From a virus: DNA of 64,000 bases. Shown in pieces: positions 1 through 7,751 of this stretch (positions are counted from its first letter, which is position 1; every line of letters begins with the position of its first letter). The notes below the pieces were generated by a model. That model made no database searches, had not been told where the DNA came from, and saw nothing but the letters and a program-made list of their open reading frames with translations. Location: the IMG/VR virus record IMGVR_UViG_3300037258_001214, positions 30,376 to 94,375 of that record; one strand, written 5' to 3'. The translations under genes and the position numbers were made by a program.

Positions 1-837
1 ATGGCCGACAATGTCGCCGAGATCGCCGGCCGTGCCCGCCTGCTGGATCTCGCATGGACGCTGCGCGCCGCCGAGCTCGCCGCCGCCCGGGCGGAAGGAT
101 TCGAGACCGGCCGCGTCTCTGCCGCCGCGGGTCGCCACCGCCGCGGCCAGGGCCAGTTCTGGCCCCGCGCGGTGCCGGCCGTCATCCCCGCCGCCGCCCT
201 GGGCACCCTTCACCACGGGACCAGGACCAAGCTGCTCGCCGCCGCGGCCGCCCTGGGTGCCGTCACCGCCGCCGGGACCGCGGGCTTCGTCACCCTGCCG
301 GACGTCACCGCTCATGCCGCGCACCGCCATCCGGCCGCCGTAGCTTCGCTGGCGCCCGTCAGCGCCATCCGGATCCAGCCGGGTCCCGCGCCGTCGTACC
401 AGTCCAGGCACGGCCGTACCGACGCCGCCGGATCGCGGCTGATCGCCCGGCCAGCGGCATCGGCGCCGCCCCCGTCATCGCCGCCCCCGTCGTCCGCAGC
501 TCCGGCACAGGGCACCCTGGACGTGACCCAGGAGAGCATCACCCCGGGCCGAGACGGGACGGCGCGGATCGACCTGACCGCCGTCGGCGGTGACGTGAGC
601 TGGTCGGCCGCGGTGCCCGCCGGGGTGACGCTATCCAGCCACGGCGGGACGCTCGGGGCCGGCCAGGTGCTGGAGGTCACCTTGACCGCAGCACCGGGCA
701 CCGAACCCGGCGTGATCACGCTGACGGACCTGGGGGAAGCGCCGGTCACCGTGGCCCTGGAAGCCGCTGCGCCGGCCGTGGCGGCGGGGCAGCATCAGGG
801 GCCGAGGCTCAAGCCCGGCAGGCACCGCAGGCGCTGA
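1..837 (+). CDS. Membrane-anchored protein with Pro/Ser linker and C-terminal BACON/Ig-like domain
   Basis: Hydrophobic segment KLLAAAAALGAVTAAGTAGF, PPPSSPPP linker, beta-rich C-terminus (IDLTAVGGDVSWSA...GTLGAGQ). Confidence 0.6.
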   Translation: MADNVAEIAGRARLLDLAWTLRAAELAAARAEGFETGRVSAAAGRHRRGQGQFWPRAVPAVIPAAALGTLHHGTRTKLLAAAAALGAVTAAGTAGFVTLPDVTAHAAHRHPAAVASLAPVSAIRIQPGPAPSYQSRHGRTDAAGSRLIARPAASAPPPSSPPPSSAAPAQGTLDVTQESITPGRDGTARIDLTAVGGDVSWSAAVPAGVTLSSHGGTLGAGQVLEVTLTAAPGTEPGVITLTDLGEAPVTVALEAAAPAVAAGQHQGPRLKPGRHRRR

Positions 838-1643
838 GCGGGACGGCGGCGTAATGCGGGCGGCTTGATCCCGATCCCCGCCAGCACGTACAGCCGGAAC
901 GGCTCGCCTCCGGCCAGGGTCAGCCTGGCGCCCCCCGCCCGCACCGCCGGCCTGACCCCGGGCGGCAGCACCTCCAGGCCCGCGAGAAGGGCGGCAGCCT
1001 CGTCCGGGGTGTAGTTCACCAGCGGGTCCCCGGCGGCCTGCCACGCGCCGCTGAGCCGGCCGAACAGGGCCTCGTCCTCGTTGCAGGTCACGGTGAGGAC
1101 CACGGCCGACCCGGGCGCCAGTGCCGAGGCGTACCCGGCGATCACCTCGCGGGCCTGCGCCTGCTCCATGACGTTGGCCACCAGCCCGAAGACCGCGCAC
1201 ACGGGCTCGGCCAGGGCGATGACGTCGGTCACGGCAGGATGGGCGAGGACCGCCCCCGGGTCCCGGATGTCCGCCGTGGCGACAGAGAAGTTCTTGACCC
1301 CCTCGCGGGCCAGCCTGGACCCGTACCGGTGCACCGCCCGGTCCCGGTCCACGCACGCCACCCGGGCCTCCGGGCCGGCCTGCTGGGCGGTGTCCCGGAC
1401 CGACCCGGCAGCGGGGAACCCGGAGCCGAGGTCGAGGAACTGGGTGATGCCCAGGCGCGATGACGCCAGCAGGACAGCGTGAGCGAGGTAGGCCCGGTTG
1501 CTGCGGACCACCCGGCGCACGCCCGGGTAGATCTCCGCCAGCTGCCTCGCGAGCTGGCGGTCAGGATCGCCGTTGTGGTAGCCGTCCAGCAGGGCGTCGT
1601 AGACGCGGGATGGCACCGGCGCGGGCAGCGTCCGGGGGATCAA
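795..1643 (-). CDS. SAM-dependent methyltransferase (actinobacterial Methyltransf_19 family)
   Basis: SRVYDALLDG..N...DR, QFLDLGSGFP, RVACVDRD, ADIRDP motifs. Confidence 0.85.
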   Translation of the reverse strand: MIPRTLPAPVPSRVYDALLDGYHNGDPDRQLARQLAEIYPGVRRVVRSNRAYLAHAVLLASSRLGITQFLDLGSGFPAAGSVRDTAQQAGPEARVACVDRDRAVHRYGSRLAREGVKNFSVATADIRDPGAVLAHPAVTDVIALAEPVCAVFGLVANVMEQAQAREVIAGYASALAPGSAVVLTVTCNEDEALFGRLSGAWQAAGDPLVNYTPDEAAALLAGLEVLPPGVRPAVRAGGARLTLAGGEPFRLYVLAGIGIKPPALRRRPAQRLRCLPGLSLGP

Positions 1644-2632
1644 AGCGGGTCCGCCTCCTCGGTCGCCCCCCGCTCGTCACCGTACGCCGTGCGGTCGTGC
1701 CGGCCGGCCGGCGGATCTCGCGGGGAGAGAGTCCCATGGGGAGGGATCCCCGCTGGCCATCGCCGGCCGGCCTGGCACGGCCTCCTGGCGCGCGGCACCC
1801 CCGGGGGGCATGCAGGGTGCCGCGCGGTCCGTAAGTCCTCCGCCGCCGGGACGCGTCCCACGCCGGCCAGCACGTGCCCTTCGCGGCGCCGGAACACCGG
1901 CTCGGGCTGCCAGGGGCGCCACGTCTGCGCCTCGCTGACACCGGGGCCCGCCATGGGGAGCCCGGCGAAGAACGACGCGATGTCCTCCCTGCCGTGGTTG
2001 ACGAACTCCCCGGCGGTGTATTCCCACGCCAGCTTCCCGGCCAGGTCCTCGTCGTCGAAAGCCGCCACGGAGATGGCCAGGCAGCTGCCGGGGGCGGCCA
2101 GCCGCGCGTACCCCGCGGTCACCTGCCGGGCCGTGTCAGCGTCCAGGAAGTGCAGCACCGCGGCCAGGATCACGCACACAGGCTCCGCGGGGTCGATGAC
2201 GGCCCGCAGCTCCGGGTCGGCCAGCACCGCGGCGGGGTCGCGCAGGTCCGCCTCGGCGACTGCCACGCGAGGGCCGGCGAGCAGCGCGCGGGCATGCGAG
2301 AGCACCACCGGGTCCAGGTCGACATAGGCCACCCGCGCCCCCGGCCGGACCGCCTGCGCGGACTGGTGGACCGCTGGAGCAACAGGAAGCCCCGCCCCCA
2401 GGTCGATGAACTGGACGATCCCCTCACCGGCGGCCCAGGTGACAGCCTCGGCGATGAACGCCCGGTTCTCCCGGGCCATGTCGGCCAGCGGCGGGTAGAT
2501 CTCCAGCAGCGCGTCGGCCTCGCCGCGGTCGGAGGGAAAGTGGTCCTTGCCGCCCAGCAGCCGCGAGTACACGCGGGCCGCGTTCGGCGTGGCCGGATCA
2601 AACCCGGTCGCGGCCGGATCGAACCCGGTCAC
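1640..2632 (-). CDS. SAM-dependent methyltransferase (Methyltransf_19 family), paralogue
   Basis: PNAARVYSRLLGGKDHFPSDR, QFIDLGAGLP, RVAYVDLDPVVLSHARALL, AVLHF; GTG start at 2632 overlaps upstream stop. Confidence 0.9.
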   Translation of the reverse strand: MTGFDPAATGFDPATPNAARVYSRLLGGKDHFPSDRGEADALLEIYPPLADMARENRAFIAEAVTWAAGEGIVQFIDLGAGLPVAPAVHQSAQAVRPGARVAYVDLDPVVLSHARALLAGPRVAVAEADLRDPAAVLADPELRAVIDPAEPVCVILAAVLHFLDADTARQVTAGYARLAAPGSCLAISVAAFDDEDLAGKLAWEYTAGEFVNHGREDIASFFAGLPMAGPGVSEAQTWRPWQPEPVFRRREGHVLAGVGRVPAAEDLRTARHPACPPGVPRARRPCQAGRRWPAGIPPHGTLSPRDPPAGRHDRTAYGDERGATEEADPL

Positions 2633-2907
2633 CGCGAGCACCGCCCCGGAGTGCCGCAGCACGACGGGTCGCGCCCGGGGCGGCGCGCCCGCCAGGCCAC
2701 CCTGAGCCGCAGGACCGCCAGCCGCAGCGGCGCGAAGCTGCTTCTCCTCACTGAGCACGCCCGCCAGCCGGCGCATACGGCCGTGAGCCGCCCGCAGCCG
2801 GGGCACCCGTCCGGCCAGACGTTGTGATCCAGTCCCGGGTCCAGGCACGGGCTGGCCGGGGACGGGTCCTGCATCTGGCAGTACCCGCAGGTAACGGGCC
2901 CCCTCAC
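2629..2907 (-). CDS. Small Cys-rich hypothetical protein
   Basis: CxxC pairs; GTGA overlaps with both neighbours. Confidence 0.55.
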   Translation of the reverse strand: MRGPVTCGYCQMQDPSPASPCLDPGLDHNVWPDGCPGCGRLTAVCAGWRACSVRRSSFAPLRLAVLRLRVAWRARRPGRDPSCCGTPGRCSR

Positions 2908-3134
2908 CGTCCGGCCTCCGTCCGGCCGGCGGTGATCCCGGTGACCCTGCGGGCCCGGTCCCGGTCGACGGCGCCCAGGACACCGCGGAGCACGACCGCG
3001 TAGTCCGGGTCGAACTCGGGGCCGAGCGCGGCGAGCATCTCCTCGCGTGTCCCCTCGGGGTTCGCGTCCCGCCACCCGCCCACCTCGGCGCGGGCCCGGT
3101 CAAGGTCGGTCAGCTTCTCGTCCCGGAATCGCAT
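2904..3134 (-). CDS. Hypothetical protein (MRFRDEK...)
   Basis: Normal composition, operon coupling. Confidence 0.7.
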   Translation of the reverse strand: MRFRDEKLTDLDRARAEVGGWRDANPEGTREEMLAALGPEFDPDYAVVLRGVLGAVDRDRARRVTGITAGRTEAGR

Positions 3135-3137
3135 GGC

Positions 3138-3362
3138 TCAGCGCCGCCTCCCGTAGCTGACCCGCAGGGCCATTGCCAGCCCGGCCGCGGACGCCCGGGT
3201 CAGCACGTGCCCGGTCCGGTCCCTGCGTGCCGCCTGCCACCGGCCGTCCCCGCAGCCGAAAGCCCAGGTGCTGCCCCAGTCCTCATGCAGCGCTCCGAGC
3301 GCCTCGGCCACGGCGGCATCGTCCTGGCGTGTCTCTCCTGGCTTCTCGTCCCGGAATCCCAT
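3138..3362 (-). CDS. Hypothetical protein (MGFRDEK...)
   Basis: ATG at 3362 with GGAGG RBS upstream; in frame with the upstream XRE gene. Confidence 0.6.
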   Translation of the reverse strand: MGFRDEKPGETRQDDAAVAEALGALHEDWGSTWAFGCGDGRWQAARRDRTGHVLTRASAAGLAMALRVSYGRRR

Positions 3363-4709
3363 GGCGCCTGCCGGCCCTCCCTGGCTGTGCGGCACGTTTA
3401 CGCCAGATGACGCTAGCGTGACGCTGAGGCAAACGACAGGTACGGCCAGTACTGGCGGCCCGGTTACTTCCCGCCGTTCAGGTACTCTCCGTGCGCGCTT
3501 AGCCGGTAACTCAGCGGGCCGGTAGTACCGGGCGTACCCGTCCGCGTCGGTGGCCGCGGCGAGTTCCCGCAGCGGGCGCGTCAGTCGCTGCTGCCGTTCG
3601 AGCAGTTCCGAGACGAGCTGGCGGGCGACCCCCTGATGCCGGAACCACGCCGGCGCCATCCCCCTGGCCTGCGACAGGACGGCGACCGCGGCGCCGCTGT
3701 GGCGGGCGTCCACGTGCGCCTGGGCGACGTCGAGGAGATGACGGCCGCGGGAGATCGTGCCGGGCAGGTCGGCGAGGTCCATCTTCCCCGCGGCCTTCAG
3801 CGCCTTCCCCGGCTGCCGCTGCACCGCCCAGGCGTAGGTGGCCTGCATCTGGACCGACGCGGCGGCGAAGCTGGTCCCGTACACCCGGACCCGGTGCCCG
3901 ATCCGCTCCGCGGCAGCCCCCGCGAGCCGGATGTAGCCGTCCACGTCCCGGCCCGCCGCCGCGGCCGGGCCGACGGCGGTCATCAGGAGGTTCCCGAAAG
4001 CGGCCACATCCTGGTCCGGGCCCGCGAACGACGGCTCGATCCTCGCCGCTGCCGCGGCCGCGATCGTCTCCGCCTCAGCGAGGCGCCCCTGGTGCAGCAG
4101 CGCCCACGCGTACGTGCCCTGCATCGTGGCGTGCAGCCGCTCGTCATCGCCTTCGGCCGCCGCCGCGATCGCCCGCTCGGCCGCCATCGCGGCGAGGTCT
4201 TCCTTCCCCAGGTGGACCAGCAGCGCCGCCGCCTGGTCGTAAGCCAGCGCCAGCAGCTCGGCTGCTTCCGTCCCGTGCTCGCGCCGTGCTGCCCGCGCGG
4301 AGCGGATCAGGGGCGGCAGGACTGCGGTCAGCCGGGTCAGGTCCCCGGCCCAGTACGACGCCGTCGCATCCTCCACCGCTGCCCTGAGCTGGTCGGGGGC
4401 AAGCGGCCCGGAGTCATCCTCCCCGACACCGGGGATCACCGACGGCGACAGGATCACATCCCGGAGCGCCAGGACACCCCCGTCGTCGGGGGCGCCGAGC
4501 CGGGGGCGCCGGTCGGCCAGCTCCGACACGGTGACGTCGAGCGCGTCGGCGATCCTGGCCAGCACGGGGTACCGGGGATAGCGGGTGCCCTGCTCGGTCT
4601 TGGCGATCATCTCCGGGCTGATCCCGGCCCGGGCGGCCAGGTCCTCGCGGGTCAGGGCACGCTCGCGGCGCAGCCTCCGGAGACGGGTTCCCAGCGTGGT
4701 ATCGTCCAT
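3138..4709 (-). CDS. XRE-family HTH regulator with helical TPR-like C-terminus (natural end probably near 3510; reads through as sequenced)
   Basis: LGTRLRRLRRERALTREDLAARAGISPEMIAKTEQG; RGRHLLDVAQAH and APAWFRHQ motifs typical of actinomycete XRE-TPR proteins. Confidence 0.8.
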   Translation of the reverse strand: MDDTTLGTRLRRLRRERALTREDLAARAGISPEMIAKTEQGTRYPRYPVLARIADALDVTVSELADRRPRLGAPDDGGVLALRDVILSPSVIPGVGEDDSGPLAPDQLRAAVEDATASYWAGDLTRLTAVLPPLIRSARAARREHGTEAAELLALAYDQAAALLVHLGKEDLAAMAAERAIAAAAEGDDERLHATMQGTYAWALLHQGRLAEAETIAAAAAARIEPSFAGPDQDVAAFGNLLMTAVGPAAAAGRDVDGYIRLAGAAAERIGHRVRVYGTSFAAASVQMQATYAWAVQRQPGKALKAAGKMDLADLPGTISRGRHLLDVAQAHVDARHSGAAVAVLSQARGMAPAWFRHQGVARQLVSELLERQQRLTRPLRELAAATDADGYARYYRPAELPAKRARRVPERREVTGPPVLAVPVVCLSVTLASSGVNVPHSQGGPAGAMGFRDEKPGETRQDDAAVAEALGALHEDWGSTWAFGCGDGRWQAARRDRTGHVLTRASAAGLAMALRVSYGRRR

Positions 4710-4858
4710 AACGGCACCTCGGCGTAAATCTGGACAGCTTCGACAACTGCCAGCATAACCGCCTAGGTCCAATCGGCGCTCTGGCCCATGAGCTGCGAAG
4801 CGTGCAGATGCCCCCGCCAAGTCCGACCTGGCGGGGGCATCGTCGTCCCCTGCGGGGG

Positions 4859-5191
4859 CTAGCCTTCGGGCCGCTCGTGAAGCTTCGCCCGCTCGGGCCG
4901 CTCTCTGCCGATGAGCGCGTAGTACCGCATCCGCGCCCCGGTCCTGGACATGCCGACGCGGCGGCCGATCTCGGCCCAGTTCAGGCCCTCGCGGTCCCGG
5001 AGGTCCAGGACCGCGTCGGCGCGCACGTCGGCGCGCTTGCGGGGGCCGGCCGGCCGGATCAGGTCCCCGAGCCACCGCTGCACCGTGCGCGGGTCGGCGT
5101 GCACCTGGGCGGCGATGGCGTACGTGGTGAGGCCCAGGCCGTACAGGCGCCTGGCCTCGGCGACCTTGGCCTCGTCGCGCTGGCGGGGCAT
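4859..5191 (-). CDS. Small tandem-HTH DNA-binding protein
   Basis: GLTTYAIAAQVHADPRTVQRWL and GLNWAEIGRRVGMSRTGARMRY; TGATG coupling. Confidence 0.75.
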   Translation of the reverse strand: MPRQRDEAKVAEARRLYGLGLTTYAIAAQVHADPRTVQRWLGDLIRPAGPRKRADVRADAVLDLRDREGLNWAEIGRRVGMSRTGARMRYYALIGRERPERAKLHERPEG

Positions 5192-5523
5192 CAGGCGACC
5201 GGGTATCCGAGGTCGTCGCTGTCCTCGCCCCAGATGGCGAGCGACTGATCGGTAAGCTCGGCCTCGCCGGGCTCGCCCGCCACCCACCTGTTGCTGCTGA
5301 ACCGCGCTGCGGCGCCGTGCTCCTCCATGAACCAGCGCGGCCATGCGCTGGTCTCCAGCATGTTCTCCCGGACCGGGATCCAGACGGTTCCGTCCGCGGC
5401 CTCGGTGTAGCCGTCCGCGTAGGCGAGGCTGATCTTGTCGGCCGTGAGGGTGTTGAGGTGGGCGGCGAGGCGCTCGCATGCGGCGTCATACTGCTCGCAG
5501 GTCTGATAGGTGCGGTTGCTCAT
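5191..5523 (-). CDS. Hypothetical protein
   Basis: GAGGAG RBS, normal composition. Confidence 0.75.
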   Translation of the reverse strand: MSNRTYQTCEQYDAACERLAAHLNTLTADKISLAYADGYTEAADGTVWIPVRENMLETSAWPRWFMEEHGAAARFSSNRWVAGEPGEAELTDQSLAIWGEDSDDLGYPVA

Positions 5524-5607
5524 CTGATGCTCCTCGGGCTGTTCCCTGCTGACGTGCCCGGCGCGGGGCTCGCACCCGCCGTGCCGCTCTCCGGGCTGTG
5601 CTGCTGG

Positions 5608-5862
5608 TCAGGACCGCTCGGACCGGGTGCATTCCCAGCCATCCGCGCGGAGCTGCGCCCGGCGCTGCTCGAATGCGGCGGTCAGCGCGTCATGGCTGGT
5701 GAACAGTTCCCGCTCGATCGGGGTGTCCCGCCCGATCGGCCGGGACTGGATCATGGCGTATTCGCCGGAGGGGTGCCATAGGCCGAACAGGTGGATGTAC
5801 TCGTGCTTGAAGTCCTCGCCGCGGTCCCACGCTTCGTCGATCTGGACTGAGGTGACACTCAT
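5608..5862 (-). CDS. Hypothetical protein (MSVTSVQ...)
   Basis: AAGGAG RBS, downstream of a strong promoter. Confidence 0.75.
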   Translation of the reverse strand: MSVTSVQIDEAWDRGEDFKHEYIHLFGLWHPSGEYAMIQSRPIGRDTPIERELFTSHDALTAAFEQRRAQLRADGWECTRSERS

Positions 5863-5898
5863 CTGGGCTCCTTCGGGCTGTTCCTTGCTGACATCTCT

Positions 5899-5927
5899 AT
5901 AATGCCGCAATGGAGTCACCTTGTCAA
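5899..5927 (-). promoter_or_regulatory. Housekeeping-sigma-type promoter
   Basis: Minus strand TTGACA-17 nt-CATTAT. Confidence 0.7.
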
Positions 5928-6034
5928 GACTTTCGGGACAGTATCCGCACGCAAGAGTCCCCGCACCGGATAAGCACCGCAGGTGTCAGCAAGGATGCTC
6001 GCCCCAATGGAGCCGGCGCGGGGACCAGTCCAGC

Positions 6035-6610
6035 CTAGCCGTGCTCTCCGCCATCCGGGGGGCTGGGCTGGTGCTCGTCGGCGTCGCCGTCCCGCGCAGG
6101 CTCGGCCCGGACCGACGCCCCGTCCAGGTCCCACGCCCCATCGCCGCCGAGGCCTTTGCGCGCGATCGCCAGTGCCAGCGTCACGGCCTGCGCCAGTCCG
6201 CCGCTCTCCACGGTGACCGCCATCAGCAGCACGGGGGGCGCGATGCCCGGCATCCCGCCGAGCTCCAGTCCCGACGCGGCCGGCTCGGCCCGGACGGCGG
6301 CGGCGAGGCGCGCGGACGCGGCCCGGTGCGCCGCAGCGGGGATCACCCTCCCGGCCCGGAACACGGACACTTCCGCCAGGTAGCGGCGCCTGGGCAGGAC
6401 ATAGGTCCCGCTGCCCTGCTGGAGCGACACCAGGCCTTCGGCGGCCAGCATCCGCAGCACGACCCCGGCCGATTCCGGCGAGATCCCGTGATCCTTCGCG
6501 AGTACCTGCCTGCTGGGCACCTTCTGGCCGGCCGGCCATTTCCCCTCGTAGATCTCACCCCGGAGCTTCCTGGCAACGGCCGTAATCGATGCCGCTTCGC
6601 CAGGTGTCAC
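6035..6610 (-). CDS. GntR-family winged-HTH repressor (Kor-like); start approximate
   Basis: LRGEIYEGKWPAGQKVPSRQVLAKDHGIS...LAAEGLVSLQQGSGTYV. Confidence 0.85.
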   Translation of the reverse strand: MTPGEAASITAVARKLRGEIYEGKWPAGQKVPSRQVLAKDHGISPESAGVVLRMLAAEGLVSLQQGSGTYVLPRRRYLAEVSVFRAGRVIPAAAHRAASARLAAAVRAEPAASGLELGGMPGIAPPVLLMAVTVESGGLAQAVTLALAIARKGLGGDGAWDLDGASVRAEPARDGDADEHQPSPPDGGEHG

Positions 6611-6689
6611 CAGGCCTCCTGCCAGACGGGGGTCATTCCCCACATCGTAGAGATCTCCGGGGTCTGCCGGTAGCACCTGCTGGCCTCCC

Positions 6690-6741
6690 TTGACATCCGC
6701 GGGCAACGGCTTACGCTAAGACTGTAATGCACTACGCATTA
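6690..6741 (+). promoter_or_regulatory. Promoter of the transfer operon with inverted-repeat operator
   Basis: TTGACA (6690)-16 nt-TACGCT (6712); IR TAATGC-N5-GCATTA at 6725-6741. Confidence 0.55.
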
Positions 6742-6766
6742 GGCAATAGGTCAAGGAGTTCCCGCG

Positions 6767-7264
6767 ATGGCCAGCCTCACCCTCTACGAACTGCTCCGCC
6801 CCTGGCGCCTGCGCCGCGCCGTCCGCCGCTACGAGCACCACCTCAAGGCCCTGAACGAGACGACTGTCCCGTTCCTGCGGGCTAACAAGCTCGAGCTGAT
6901 GGCCCTGTACGCCGAGGCCATCTCCGGCTACGAGCACCGCGAGCCCGCCACCCGGGAATGGGGGGCCGCGGCGGACATCCTCCGCGCCGTGGCCGCCACT
7001 GAGCGGTTCTGCGTGCTGGCCGACGCGTGGCCAGGACGCAACGAGCCGGTCATCACCAGCCCTGGCTTCCTCAGGCACTGGGAGGACCTGGACCGCGGGG
7101 CTGTCCAGGGCGACCGCCGCGAGCGCGCCGCCGTCCTGCGCAGGCTGCACGCCGAAGCCGCTGAATGGGATGTACCCGGCGTCTCGGTCCTCGAAGGCAT
7201 CGCTCGGACCGAGGACGCCGCCGCCGCGGTGCTGGACGAGGACCGTGCGCTGGTGACCCGGTGA
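6767..7264 (+). CDS. Hypothetical protein
   Basis: AAGGAG RBS; first gene of the rightward operon. Confidence 0.75.
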   Translation: MASLTLYELLRPWRLRRAVRRYEHHLKALNETTVPFLRANKLELMALYAEAISGYEHREPATREWGAAADILRAVAATERFCVLADAWPGRNEPVITSPGFLRHWEDLDRGAVQGDRRERAAVLRRLHAEAAEWDVPGVSVLEGIARTEDAAAAVLDEDRALVTR

Positions 7265-7536
7265 ACGGCGGCGACTGGCGCGATCAGGGAGCCTGCCGGG
7301 GCGAGGACCCGGACCTGTTCTTCGGCCCCGAGGACGAACGCCCCGCCGCCAAAGCCGCACGCGAGGCCCGGGCCATCGCCATCTGCGCCCGCTGCCTCGT
7401 CCGCCTCGACTGCCTCGGGTTCGCCCTCGGCCGGCCGCAAAAGGCCGGCGTGTGGGGCGGGATGAGCGAGGACGCCCGGGCGCGCGAGCGGCGCCGCAGG
7501 CTCCGCCGGGCGGCGAGCGCAGCACGGCGGGCATGA
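7261..7536 (+). CDS. whiB: WhiB-family transcription factor
   Basis: W...GAC...DPDLFF...ICARCLVRLDC...GVWGG with a basic tail. Confidence 0.93.
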   Translation: MNGGDWRDQGACRGEDPDLFFGPEDERPAAKAAREARAIAICARCLVRLDCLGFALGRPQKAGVWGGMSEDARARERRRRLRRAASAARRA

Positions 7537-7751
7537 ATCGCCCCGCCGCCGCCGCGCTGGTCCTCTTGCTCATCGCGGCCTGCCGTATCCACGTCACCAT
7601 CTGGTTCTTCGGCCACCCGGTCGCCCATCCTCCCGTCGCGGGACTGATCCTCGTCGTGCTCGCCGCGGCCGCGGGCGGCATCCTCTTCCTGATCTGGCGG
7701 GCACTGACGGACACCATGCCGGCAGCCCGTCCCGCAACCTGGAGCACGTGA
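7533..7751 (+). CDS. Small two-TM membrane protein
   Basis: Two hydrophobic segments; coupled to whiB and the FtsK gene. Confidence 0.7.
   Translation: MNRPAAAALVLLLIAACRIHVTIWFFGHPVAHPPVAGLILVVLAAAAGGILFLIWRALTDTMPAARPATWST

Noticed and set aside
2633-3103. N-terminal extension of the 487-aa methyltransferase ORF
   Set aside because: Overlaps two better small ORFs; family similarity starts at 2632
4710-5489. N-terminal extension of the 783-aa ORF
   Set aside because: Arg/Pro-rich off-frame read of two real genes; the XRE domain starts at 4709
5556-5596. tRNA gene
   Set aside because: Only 41 nt with no D or anticodon arm; kept only as a tRNA-like motif
5898-5903. Plus-strand TATAAT promoter
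   Set aside because: No matching -35 and no credible downstream gene; it overlaps the -10 of the minus-strand promoter
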